From contig CAWDTC010000012.1 in NCBI GenBank assembly GCA_963805045.1, positions 64,211 to 128,210 of the forward strand: DNA of 64,000 bases. The letters are read 5' to 3'. The stretch is from Candidatus Aminicenantes bacterium. Its GTDB lineage: Bacteria > Acidobacteriota > Aminicenantia > Aminicenantales > Saccharicenantaceae. The translations under genes were made by a program, and so were the position numbers. How positions within the stretch are numbered: position 1 is the stretch's first letter; every line of letters starts with the position of its first letter. Shown in pieces: positions 10,283-21,055 of the stretch. The notes under the pieces were generated by a model that searched no databases, was not told the DNA's origin, and worked only from the letters and a program-made list of their open reading frames with translations.

Positions 10283-11107
10283 TTATTTTAGTTCTCTTAT
10301 AGGTGACGGGGCGATATCCCAAAACAACTGAGCCGCCGCACAACGGCCCGTCATCGGATAGCGGGTAGAGCGTGAAAAGGAAATTCTAGCTATTCTCTTA
10401 GTCCACTCGTGCATCTTTTCGCCTTCGCCGGCGTACTGTTCTATTAATTGGCTATCCCGAATTTCCGCAGACGTCCGGAGTATATATGCAAACAAATCCG
10501 CGATTTGAGCTAGCAGAATGTGTTTTGAATCCGCGAAGAATGGTACATCAACAATTTGGTCAAGGGCAGTCTGGCCCTTTCCCCGATCATAGAAACTGTC
10601 TATCCACTTGGGCGGGTTATGGATGAGCTGGCTCAGACCAGCTTCTTCAGCAACCTCCCGATCAAAAATTAAAACGCTGTGACCTTTGGGCCTATCATCA
10701 CGCTGATGCTGCTTTTGGACTTGAAGAGTACAATGCATCGCAGCAATACACCAAGTTGACTTACACTCCTTGAGACGCTCGTCCTTACTCAACAATTCCT
10801 CATATTTGGCTTTGCTTATTCCGCTGAACACGCACTTATGCTTTCTTTTTTCGACCCAGCCAAGGATAGCCTCGATAATTTGTGCCCTCTTTGGGCCGTC
10901 CATACCGCGCCAAATACCGTTGCCTCTATAAAAATCACGGGAATGGAATTCGTCGACTTTTCGGCCAACCGTCCTCGAAAGGAGTTTTAGAAAATCAGCC
11001 CAGACGACTTTCGTTATATGCATCCTCTGCGCGTCTACTATGATGCCCGCCATTGTCAGATAGGGTTCGCTACCCATTCCGCTTTCGTCAAAATAACAGA
11101 ACTTCAT
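10283..11107 (-). CDS. DUF3800 domain protein
   Basis: Intact 274-aa ORF starting MKFCYFDESG, with a later FADSKHILLAQIADLFAY motif. It lies in a visibly AT-richer patch. Confidence 0.65.
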   Translation of the reverse strand: MKFCYFDESGMGSEPYLTMAGIIVDAQRMHITKVVWADFLKLLSRTVGRKVDEFHSRDFYRGNGIWRGMDGPKRAQIIEAILGWVEKRKHKCVFSGISKAKYEELLSKDERLKECKSTWCIAAMHCTLQVQKQHQRDDRPKGHSVLIFDREVAEEAGLSQLIHNPPKWIDSFYDRGKGQTALDQIVDVPFFADSKHILLAQIADLFAYILRTSAEIRDSQLIEQYAGEGEKMHEWTKRIARISFSRSTRYPMTGRCAAAQLFWDIAPSPIRELK

Positions 11108-11253
11108 GATTCCGCCCTTCTATTCGGCACATTAGCTCGCTCTTTTTGCCTTGATGTTAATTTGTGGTCGCCGATTCGTTTTGGGCCTCGTGAAGGGCTG
11201 CGCTTCTTATATCCGCCCTCTTTTGGTGGCAAGTTATTGCCACTCGCAAGTGA

Positions 11254-12663
11254 TCAGTTCGGCCCCCACTTCATGAGGACCGGCGGCACGAGGGCCAGGG
11301 CCGCGAAGAGGACCCAGAGGACTGAGGAGCGGCACCATCCACCTGGCCCACTTCTCCCACTTCAGCCCGGCCAGCCCCAGGACCCCCATGGTCACGCCCG
11401 AGGTGGGCAGGACGGGATTGATGTACTCCGCCAGCTGAAAAGCGAAGACAGCCGTCTGCCGCGTAATCCCCACCAGGTCGCCGAGCGGCGCCATGATGGG
11501 AATGGTCAGGGCGGCCTGGGCCGTCCCCGAGTGGACGAAGAAGTTGATGACGCACTGCGAGACGAACATGAGCTCGGCCGAGATGAGCGGGTGGAAGCGC
11601 GAGATGGCGCCGGCCAAGCCGGCCAGGATGGTGTCCAGGATCCGCCCGTCCTGGGCCACGATGAGGATGGCCCGGGCCGTGCCGATGATGAGGGCCGCGT
11701 TGACCATGTCCTTGGCCCCCTCGACGAACGACTTGCCGATCTCGTCGCCGGTGAGCTTGCCGACGATCCCGGAGAAGATGCCCATGGCCAGGAAGACGCC
11801 GCCGATCTCGAGGATGAACCAGTGGTATTTCAGGATGCCGAAGACCATGAAACCGAAGCCGGCGCCGAAGACGGCCATGACCCGCTTGTGGGCGGCCGTC
11901 AGCGGCAGCTTCTCGATGACCGGCCCGCCGACCTGGAGCTTCTTCCGCTTCTCCAGGTCCTCCTCGTAGGTGGGGCTGAGGGCCGGGTCCTTACGGATGC
12001 GGGCCGCATAGCGCATGACGACGGCGATGACGATGGACGTGCCGCCCGCCCAGATGATGAGCCTGTAGCCGAGCCCGGAATAGAGCGGCAGGCCGGCGAT
12101 GCCCTGGGCGATGCCCACGGTGAAGGGATTGAAGAACGCCCCGGCGAAGCCCGATGCCGCCCCCAGGAACGGCAGGGCGACGCCGACGATCGTGTCGTAG
12201 CCGAGCGACAGCGAGAGCGGGACGAAGATGAGGATGAAGGGCATGGTCTCCTCGCACATGCCCCAGATGGCGCCTCCCAGGGAGAAGATGATCATGGTCA
12301 CGGGAATGAAGAGGACCCGGAGGGTGGTGCTCTGCCCGAACTTCAGCGGACAGGTTGTGGATGACGGTCGAGACGGCCCCGGTCTTCTGGATGACGGAAA
12401 AGGCGCCGCCGCAGATGAAGACGATGATGATGATGGCCGCGGCGTCCACGAAGCCCTCTGGCCGGCGAGACGAACAGTCCGCCGAGCCCCTGCGGCCGGC
12501 TCGCGGTCCGCTCGTAGGACCCGGCCACGGGAATGGTCCGCCCGCCCTTCTCGATCCGCTTGTACTGGCCGCCCGGGATGATCCAGGTGGCCACCACGGT
12601 CAGGACGACCATGATGTAGATGAGGATGAGGGTGTGCGGGAGCTTCAGCTTCTTCAAGCTCAT
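11254..12663 (-). CDS. YfcC-family membrane transporter (DcuC/AbgT-like), frameshifted
   Basis: N-terminus MSLKKLKLPHTLILIYIMVVL. A large intact middle ORF (11234-12301) is very hydrophobic. The C-terminus VLWVLFAALALVPPVLMKWGPN is recovered in a third frame. Confidence 0.75.
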
Positions 12664-13542
12664 CGCGCCGAGACCTTTCCGGTGGCCGACATCATAGACG
12701 TCGCCGGGGAGGAGGACGTGGAGGGTCATGCCGTGCGCCCCGAGGCGACCCGTCGGCGATTTCGCGGTCTTGGCCCGGCGCGCGTCGAAGACGACGACCT
12801 GGTTCTCGCCGAGGACCTCGTAGCGGCCGTCGGGCCGGACGAGGACGGCCGTCGACTCGTCGATGCCCACGCCGACGAGCGTCGGGTTCTCGATGACCGT
12901 GGCGATGAGCCGGTTGAGGCGGCGGCGGGTGACGAAGTGCTGGTCGATGACGGCGGCCCTGACGAAGCCGAAGCCGCGCGTCCGGATGACGTCGTCGGCC
13001 CAGATGACCTCCCAGGTCCCTTCCTTGCCGTCGGTCCGCTTCTCGTCGCCGGTGATCATGACCTCGCTCATGACCGCGGCGCCGGCGCTCGTGCCGCCGA
13101 TGACGCAGCCCGCCTGGTACATTTCGAGCATCTTCTTGTGGATGGGCGTGTCGAGGAGGGCGGCCGTCAGGCGCGCCTGGTCGCCGCCGGCGAACCAGAT
13201 GCCGCCGGCGCCGGCGAGGATCTTCTCGCTCCCGGGCTTCATGGCCTCGTCATGGGTCAGCTGGTAATAGACGACGTCCTTCGTGCCGTTCGTCTTGAAC
13301 TCGGCCACGAGCTCGGGACCGACCTCCTGGGGGGAGCCGCTGGCCATGGTGAAGACGACGACCCGGCCCGTGCCGAAGCCGGAGGCCAGCTGGACGTAGC
13401 GCTTCATGAGCGGCGCGTCGCGCTCGCCGCCGCCGATGATGAAGAGATAGCCCTTGGGCCCGGCCTGGGCGGGGCTGGGAAGGGCGAGGATGAACGAGAT
13501 GGCAAACAAAAGGGCCAGGAACGGAGCGAGGGGTTTTTTCAC
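12660..13542 (-). CDS. cphE: cyanophycinase (peptidase S51) with signal peptide
   Basis: YLFIIGGGERD, GGIWFAGGDQARL and IGGTSAGAAVMS (serine nucleophile context). Signal KKPLAPFLALLFAISFILALPSPAQA. The stop is inferred as an ATGA overlap with the transporter start. Confidence 0.8.
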
Positions 13543-13897
13543 GTGGATCCTCCAGGACGGCCGGACGGTCATGAGCCCCTATCTTACCAGATTCCCGCCA
13601 GCGGAAATATCGAATAAAGAAGCGCACATTCGGGCTGCTCCCCCACGAGTCGCGCCTTAAAGAAGTGGAGAGCGCAGGGGTGCTTCCCGGAGGGAGGCAT
13701 GGGCAGGCCGAGCGGGCATGGACCCCGACCCGAGGTCGGGGGAGCGAGGCCTGTCCTTGAGCGGGTTGGAGTCGCCGGGGCCAACCCGCGTCCGAACGCA
13801 GGGAACACCCCGAGCTCGACCTCCTTGCGAACGCTCGGCTCGTTGACAGCCGCCAAGGGTTCTGTTAGACGTGGGTGAGGAGTCCTGGAGCCCGGTC

Positions 13898-14440
13898 ATG
13901 GACCGGATCTCACGCGAGCGCGACGAGCAGGCCGCGTTGATGTTCGCGCCGATCTCGGTTTCGCCCCCGGCACGCTGGCAGACCTCATCCGGAGGAGCTA
14001 CGCCGAGCTCGTCGAAAAATGGCCCGCCTATTGGACCGGCGAATCCGAGAAATGGGACGATTTCGACCGGCAGGCGTTCGCTCATTCCGACACGATCGGG
14101 AAGTGCGTCTTCGTCAGCCTTCTCGCTGGTGAGCCGGTCGGTCTGGCCTCCTACGACCCGCGCCAAACGCCCCGCTACGGCATCGTCGGCCAGAACTGCG
14201 TCCTGCCGGAGTTCCGCGGCCGGGGTTTTGGCCGCCTCCAGGTCCTTGAGGTACTAAGACGGCTCAGGGAAAGAGGAATCGGCACGGCCCGGGTGACGAC
14301 GAGCGAGCACCCGTTCTTCCTGCCCGCCAGGAAGATGTACGAGTCCGTTGGGATTCAAGGAGGTCCGGCGTTTCGCCGGCGGCCCTGATCCGGATCACGA
14401 ACTTATCGAGCTCGAGATGCCGCTCTCCCCTTTGCGATAA
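13898..14440 (+). CDS. GNAT family N-acetyltransferase, frameshifted at both ends
   Basis: The core VGQNCVLPEFRGRGFGRLQVLEVLRRLRERG is the acetyl-CoA binding motif. It is not in the ORF track because the frame lacks an in-frame start. The start coordinate is uncertain. Confidence 0.6.
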
Positions 14441-14492
14441 AAGGGGGATTTCCTTGTTGTCCGGCCAGTTTCGGGGGCCGCAGGAAGACAAA

Positions 14493-14530
14493 AGAGGGAC
14501 AGTCCCTCCCCGGAGGTGACTGTCCCTCTT
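14493..14530. repeat. palindromic element, family 3 (GGGACAGTCCC core); probable bidirectional terminator
   Basis: AGAGGGACAGTCCCTCCCCGGAGGTGACTGTCCCTCTT lies between the convergent GNAT and GH116 genes, followed by TTTTATTT. Confidence 0.7.
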
Positions 14531-14537
14531 TTATTTA

Positions 14538-17218
14538 CTACTGAATCTCGAGCGACAGCGGTTCGCCGGGCTTTACGGTGATGGGCACGGGCCAAAGGAC
14601 GTGGATGACGTTCCCTTCCCGCCTGAGCACCGGTTTCGTCACGGCGCTCCCGAGCGTGCCCTTGACCGCGAGGACCTTCCCTTTCGGCGGAACAGCGAGC
14701 CCGACGAAGCTGAAGTCCCTGAGCTTCACTTCGCCCGCCGCCACCTCGATCGTTAGCGAGGCCGCCTTGCCGCCGGTCATCTTCTGCGCGTACGTCCCCC
14801 AGCCCGAGCCCGTCGTCCACACCGTCCGGAAATCGTCTGCCCCGACTTTCGGGGAGAATCCCATCTTCATGTCCGGCCCGGAGTAGGAGAAGCCGCCGAG
14901 CGCCAGCAGCACGCCCCACGACGACATGGCCCGGGCGTAGTGGTGGCCGCACTCGACCTCGTCCCAGGGGTTGCGCCGCCGTCCGTCGTAGCGGTCGCGG
15001 GCGGCCTTGACCACCGTCAGCCCCTCCTCGACGAGCCCTTCATAGATGAGGTGCGAGGCGACGTGGTACTCGATCCCCGTCCAGACCTCGTCCGAGTAGG
15101 GGAACGGGAGCGGCGGCCGCCCTCCCTTGGGCCAGGAACAGACGAGAAGCCCCTTCTCGTCGCCCAGGGCATAGGTCCGCTGCGCGTTCGAGAAGTTCCG
15201 GAAATCGGGCTGGAAATTGTACTTGTAGATGGCGCCCAGGGCCGAGCGGATCCTGTCCTGCGGCAGGTAGCGGCCCAGTCCCGCGACCATGCCCAGCTCC
15301 TGGCCGAGGAGCTGGTCCGAGAGGCAGCCTTCGCCGTACTGGTACTTCTTTTCCATGACCTGGTCGTATTTCTGGACGTAGTACTCGCCGTTCCAGAGGA
15401 GCGCGTCGTAGTTCTTGCGCCCCTTGTCGTAGAGGGCCATGAAGTTCCGGGCCGCGGGCCAGTCGGCCACGGCGGCGGCCATGAGCGTCGCCGCCTGGAG
15501 CGCGCCGAGGTAGAAGCCGCCGATCATGCTGTTCGGCCCGAAGAACTCGATGTCGTACGTGTTGTGCTGCTCGCCCTCCATCAGCCCGTCCTTGTTCGCG
15601 TCCCACGACACGTTGGCGTATTCCATGGCCTTGCGGGCCTTGGGCCAGAGCTTCTGGAGCCAGGCCGTGTCGCCCGAGAGCTGCCAGTCGCGGTAGAGGC
15701 TGATGATCCGGCCCATCTGGCCGTCCGCGGCCGGCTTGAAGTCCCAGTAGACGCCGCTCCCGAGCGGGCAGGGACGTCCGGAAGACCATGGCGCCGTCGG
15801 GCTTGACGTTGTTCAGGAAGTCGGTCTCCCGCATGGACCGCTCGAGCGACGGGAAGAGGAAGGCCAGCGACTGCTCGTAGTTCCAGACGTGGGCGCAGTT
15901 GAGCGGGCAGCAGCCCGCCTGGTCGCCGCAGCCCTCGAAGCCGAAGAACTTCCCGCCCTCGAGCCAGAAGCAGGTCGTCGTGCGGATGATGGCGGCCTGG
16001 CTGGAGACCGCGTCGAGGACGTAGGGCGGCAGGGTCGAGGCGAAGAAGGCGTCGTGGAACCGGCGGCTCTCCTTCTCCAGGCGGTCGAGGTTCGCCTGGA
16101 GGTATTCGGCCGCCGCCCAGGCGTCGGCGAAGCGCTCGGCGTAGTGGTTCTTGAAGATCTTGCCGCGCTGCTCGGGGACGACGTCGAAATAGTTGAGGAA
16201 GTTCGGGAAGCTCCAGGACAGGATGAAGGGCAGGGTGACCTCGGCGCCGGGCTCGATCGTGGCCGTGAGCCCGAGCGTGCCGATGTCGGACTGCTTGTCG
16301 GGCGAGGGCGAGACCTCGGCCAGGTCCTTGAGCCGGCCGTCGGCCGCGAAATCGTCCCAGAAGATCTGGAGGTCGTCCCACCAGTCGCCCCGGACCCAGT
16401 GCGTGAGGTAGGTGATGTCGTTCCAGGGCGTGGCCAGGGCCATCGTGCCGAAGGCCGGGCTGCCGGGCTTGACCTTCTGCGAAGACATGGCCAGGCCGCG
16501 GAGGGCGGCCGTCCGCTTGAGCTCGTTGACGTTCTGGCCGAACTTGTCGTTGCCCAGGCCGCCGATCTGGCCCTCGCCGTCGTAGCCGATGGGGTTGAGG
16601 ACGGAGCCGGCGATGGTGATCTTGGCGGGCGACGAGCCGAGGTTCTTGACGCTTGAAGCGGATGACGACGGCCGGGATGCCCGAGTCCTCGGGCTCGAGC
16701 GGGATGAAGGGGTTGAAGGCCTCGAGGGTGACCGCGAGGGGGATCTGGCTGTCGGAGAGCTCGACCTCGGCGAACGGATATTCGCCCTTGAAGCGGGCCT
16801 TCTCCATCCGCGGCAGGCCGGGGACGTCCTCGCGGCGGAAGCCGAAGCCGGTCGTGAAGGGCGGCTCGAGCGGCCCTTCGAGGACGCGGACGCGCTTCGC
16901 TCCCGTCCTGCTCGACAGTAGAGGGCGAAGAACGTGAACGGCAGGTTGACGCCCTTGCCCGGGCCGGTTGAAGATCTCCCAGTCGCGGAGATTGCCGCGG
17001 CCGCCGAGCGAGACGGTCCCGGTGCCGATGCCGCCGAGCGGGAAGGCGACCTCCCTGAGGGAGGCGCCCTCGAAGACGCGCTGGGGCCCGAGGCCGAAGA
17101 GCTCGGCCCTGGGGAAGACCGAGGGGCCGGGCTTGGGTTCCTGCGCGGCGCCGGCGAGGGGCCAGAGCAGGAACGACAGGGCAAGCGTCAGGATCGAGGT
17201 GGCTGTTTTTTTCACCAT
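14538..17218 (-). CDS. GH116 glycoside hydrolase (GBA2-type beta-glucosidase/glucosylceramidase-like), secreted, frameshifted
   Basis: The N-terminal domain motif FPLGGIGTGTVSLGGRGNLRDWEIFNRP follows a signal peptide. The C-terminal catalytic region is intact in ORF 14538-15716. The middle part is in a third frame. Confidence 0.8.
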
Positions 17219-17331
17219 GGCGGGCCTCCCTTCGAAGTCAGGATCGGAAAGGCGGGCGATGCGGCAATGCGTAGGGGGATTATCGCACCGAACGGGGCTC
17301 CGCTGTCAATCCGCCTTTTTGCGGCGCCCGC

Positions 17332-17805
17332 TCAGCGGGACGGACGGCGGCGCCGGAGGAGCGCCTCGATCTTGCGTTCCATGTCCCCGTAGTGCGTGCC
17401 CTGCCAGAAGACGCGGCCGCAGCCGGGACAGAGGGCGAACGAGGAGGCGTGCTCGAGGACATAGGGGGTGACGAGGTTCCGGGCCCGCTCCCGGGAGAGC
17501 GGCTTGAGGGTGCGGTTGCACCCGATGCAGCGGGAATTCGGCCGGACCTCGTCCCAGAGCCCGAACTCGTCGAGGACCTGGACGAGCTGGTCTTCCCAAT
17601 TGTCGCTGGCGATAAAAAGGCGGTTCTCGCGCTTCCCCGTTTTCTCGATGAGCCCCGTGTCGCGGGTCAGGAGGATGCGGCCCTCGCGGCGGGCGAGCTC
17701 GACGAGGTCCCTGTCCTCGGCCTTGGAGAGATAGAGGACGTCGAAGCCGAGGATCTTGAGCCATTTGGCCAGCCGGCCGAGCATGCAGTCGGCGACGAAC
17801 GTCAT
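17332..17805 (-). CDS. Mut7-C RNase domain protein (PIN-like plus zinc ribbon)
   Basis: Intact 157-aa ORF with [23 protein letters not shown] at the N-terminus, and CIGCN plus CPGCGRVFWQGTHY at the C-terminus. Confidence 0.8.
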   Translation of the reverse strand: MTFVADCMLGRLAKWLKILGFDVLYLSKAEDRDLVELARREGRILLTRDTGLIEKTGKRENRLFIASDNWEDQLVQVLDEFGLWDEVRPNSRCIGCNRTLKPLSRERARNLVTPYVLEHASSFALCPGCGRVFWQGTHYGDMERKIEALLRRRRPSR

Positions 17806-17818
17806 GCCCCTCCGCCTT

Positions 17819-17884
17819 CTAAGAAGGGGTCAGGTCTACTTTCTACCAGTAAAACTGAAAGAAAGTAGACCTGACCCCTTCTTC
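17819..17884. repeat. palindromic element, family 1
   Basis: AAGAAGGGGTCAGGTCTACTTTC ... GAAAGTAGACCTGACCCCTTCTT; second copy of the element at 3999-4066. Confidence 0.8.
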
Positions 17885-17895
17885 GTCTATCGCGA

Positions 17896-18623
17896 TCATA
17901 GGCCCAGGAAACGGATGCCCAGCCCGGAGATGAAGATCACCAGGCCGGCCAGGGCGTGCGAATAGCGCTCGAGCCGCCCCAGCCGGACGAAGCTCGCGCC
18001 CCAGGAGGCGGCGGTGATGATGGTCAGCATGGCCGCGATCGTCATCAGAGCCGAAGGCCGCCGTAACGACCACGACGCCGGACGCGCTGTGGCGGGCCGC
18101 CGGGTACATGACGAGAGGGATCAGCGGCTCGCAGGGGCCGAAGACGAAGATCGTGAAGAGGACCCAGGGCGTGATGTTGACCTTCCCCTCGTCCTCGTGG
18201 ACATGGATGTGGTCCGCGTCGGCATGCGTGTGGACATGGTCGTGCGTCCCGTCGTGATCGGCGAAATGGAGGTGCGGGTGAGAATGGGGCTTGCTCTTCC
18301 AGGCCCGGCGCAGCCCCCAGACGAAATAGGCGAAGCCGAAGCCGATGAGGAGCCAGGCGGCGACGATCGCCCCGGGCCGACTCGACGCCCTCGAGCCTGG
18401 CCACGGCGATGCCGAGGGCGATGCCGAGGAAGCCCAGGACGACCGAGCTCCCGATATGCCCGAGCCCGGCCAGGAAGGAGACGAAGAGGGTCTTGCGGAG
18501 CGTCCAGTTGCGCGCCCGGCTGATGACGATGAAGGGAAGATAGTGGTCGGGGCCGATGACGGTATGGACGAGGCCGATCGAGGCCGCCGTGCCGGCCAGG
18601 AGCCAGATCTCGCGGTGGATCAT
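17896..18623 (-). CDS. RcnA/NicO-like nickel/cobalt transporter with His-rich loop, frameshifted
   Basis: N-terminal HTVIGPDH motif. The central loop is HPHLHFADHDGTHDHVHTHADADHIHVHEDEG. This is followed by FGPCEPLIPL and a C-terminal TM helix, in three frames. Confidence 0.55.
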
Positions 18624-18654
18624 CTCGTCTCCGCCCCGCCGCCGGGGAGAAAAA

Positions 18655-18730
18655 TGGTGGACGGTAGGAGACTCGAACTCCCGACCTCAGCGTTGCGAAC
18701 GCCGCGCTCTCCCAACTGAGCTAACCGCCC
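18655..18730 (-). tRNA. tRNA-Ala (anticodon CGC)
   Basis: A 76-nt cloverleaf folded by hand: acceptor GGGCGGT/ACCGTCC with the G3:U70 alanine identity pair, anticodon loop TTCGCAA, T-loop TTCGAGT, encoded CCA. Confidence 0.9.
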
Positions 18731-18861
18731 ACACCCGACCGCTTGAAAGCCGTCCCAATTTACCATGTTTCGCGGGATTTTTCCACGCCCGGCGCCGCGA
18801 CAGCCCACCCCCGTTGATTGGGAGGGCCGCTTTGCCCTAGAATGGGGCCACGGAGGGTCCC

Positions 18862-19192
18862 ATGGGCAAAGCGTTCCTGGTCATTCTCCTCGTCGCCATC
18901 GCCGCGTTCTTCATCTACAAGCAGACGCATCGTCCGCTTTCGGACGAGGAGCTCGCCGTCAAGGCGGTCGAGGAGACGCTTCGCCATGGCCGAGGCCAAG
19001 TTCATGGGCAACGCCGCGGGCGGCCTCGCCTCGGGGCTGGACTCGGCCGAGCAGGCCGTCGTCGACGTCCAGAAGGTCCGGCGCGAGCTCGACCGGCTCC
19101 GGCAGACCCTGACCGAAGACAAGGCCGTGGCCCGGGCGGAGGAGCTCGCGGCCAAGATCGACGAGTTCTGCCGGAAGAACGACATCAAGTGA
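18862..19192 (+). CDS. small N-terminally anchored hypothetical protein, one frameshift
   Basis: MGKAFLVILLVAIAAFFIY is a TM helix. A coiled-coil-like tail ending AAKIDEFCRKNDIK is in the neighbouring frame. Confidence 0.4.
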
Positions 19193-19246
19193 CGGGCCGG
19201 GCCCGGACCCCGTTTCGTTAACGTCGGCCGCGCGAGGAGGGACGGA

Positions 19247-20883
19247 GTGCAGCTCTTCGGAAAGTCGCTTCGCGCGGGACGTCGGTCCGTGCGGCTCGGG
19301 AGGAGCTCGCCTCGACATCGCCGTCGAAGCGATCCCCGGCGGCTTCGTCGTCCGCGGCACGGTCTCCGGGCGGCCCGGCCGGGTCGAAGTCCTCCGCCTG
19401 CCCGTGCCCCGGGCCTTCCTCATGAACAACTGGCAGTCCTGGGGGCCGACGCAGATGGCGACCCCGGCCGACGCTTTCCCCGAGCTCGAGGCGATCCACG
19501 CCCGGAACCCCTACGGCTTCTCGCCGCTTCTCGGCGAGCTCCTGGGCCGCGTCTGGAGCGATTATTTCATCGCCTGGGACGGCGCCGTCCTCGGCTTCCT
19601 GGCGTCGAGGATCGGCCATCCCTTCTTCCTCGTCGAAGGCGCCGAGCTCGTCGGATACATCGAGTACTTCGGGGCCGAGTTCGCGGACGCCGTGCCCCTC
19701 GAGCCGCTCGCTCGTCCTCCGCGGCGCCCCCGTCGAGGACCTCCTCGAGGCCTACGGCTCGCTCGTCAAGAAGGAGAACCGCGTCCGCATCAACTCCTGG
19801 AACCCTGTCGGCTGGTGCAGCTGGTACCATTATTTCGGCGCCCTCTCGTGGGACGACGTCGTCCGGAACGTCGAGGCGGCCCGCAAGCTCCGGCCGGGCC
19901 ATGCCCCTCGAGGTCTTCCAGGTCGACGACGGCTACGAGCACGACATCGGCGACTGGACCAGGGCCAAGCCGGGATATCCCGGCCCTCGACGGGCTGGCC
20001 GGGGCCATCACCAGGAACGGCTTCCGGGCCGGGATCTGGACGGCGCCCTTCAGCGCCGCCGAGACCTCCGACCTCTTCGCCGCCCACCCCGAGTGGATGG
20101 TGGCCGAGGCCGGCCGGCCCAAGTTCGCCCACCGGAGCTGGGACCGGAGGATCCACGCCCTCGACCTGACGCCGGCCCGCCGTCCAGGCCCATCTCTTCG
20201 AGCTCTTCTCGGGGCTGAAGAAGGCCGGCTTCGACTATTTCAAGGTCGATTTCCTGTTCGGCGCGGCCATGCCCGGGGAGCGCCTGAGGAACGTCACGCC
20301 CATCCAGGCCTACCGCCGGGGGCTCCGCGTCATCCGGAAGGCGGTCGGCGGGAGCTTCATCCTCGGCTGCGGCGCTCCGCTCCTGCCCTCGGCGGGCCTC
20401 GTCGACGGGATGCGCATCGGCGAGGACACCGCTCCCTATTGGAAAACGCGCCCCTCCGCCTTCGAGGGGCCGAACGCCTATTTCGCCCTGAAGAACGCCC
20501 TCCTCCGCCAGTTCATGCACCGCAGGCTGTGGCTGAACGACCCGGACTGCGTCCTCCTCCGGGACCGGGAGATCGAGCTCGGGCGGAGCGAGCGCGAGCT
20601 CTACGCCCTCGCCTGCGGCGCCCTCGACAACATGGTCGTGGACAGCGATAACCTGGCGCTTCTCGGGGAGGAGGCGCTGGCCCTCTTCCGGCGTGCCCTC
20701 TCCCTCCGCGGCGGGCGGAGCCGCGTCCTGGGGCTTCTCGGGGACGACGCGTATGTCATCGAGTCGCGGGGCGGGCCGGCGGGGGACATCGACATGGGGG
20801 TCAACCTATCGGACGGACCGAGGGAGGTCCGGGCGACGGTCATCGGCCCCCGCTCCGGGGCGCTCCTCCCTCCCGCCATATAG
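19247..20883 (+). CDS. GH36-type alpha-galactosidase (melibiase family), frameshifted
   Basis: GWCSWYHYF, FQVDDGYEHDIGDW, FRAGIWTAPF, DYFKVDFLF and LNDPDC motifs are spread over three frames. The C-terminal 204 aa are intact. Confidence 0.75.
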
Positions 20884-21055
20884 AGAGCCCCCTTAAGCTC
20901 TTAACTCACCTGGATGGTTCCCCTGAGGGCGAACCGTGTGTGCGGCAATACTCAGGTTAAGGCGAATCCCGGCGAAGTCAAGGCCCCCCGGCCGGATGTC
21001 AGATGATGTCAGTTGTTGTCAGTAGCGGCCGCGCGGCGACAAGGCGCCGTCAGGG

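Noticed and set aside
11018-12364. 448-aa plus-strand ORF spanning the DUF3800/YfcC region
   Set aside because: It is antisense to two genes with clear family signatures, and its product is low-complexity and Asp/Gly/Arg-rich.
12343-13572. 409-aa ORF fusing cyanophycinase to the N-terminus of the YfcC transporter
   Set aside because: In the adjacent frame the peptidase ends in a TGA that overlaps the transporter ATG (ATGA), a standard coupled-gene junction. The fusion is probably an indel artefact.
13573-13897. Possible tmRNA or RNase P RNA (a 14-nt TTCGGACGCGGGTT match to the tmRNA 3-prime region as I remember it, and an ACAGAACCC string on the minus strand)
   Set aside because: There is no T-arm/acceptor/CCA structure, no tag reading frame and no GAGGAAAGTCC-type RNase P core. 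Short GC-rich matches are expected by chance.
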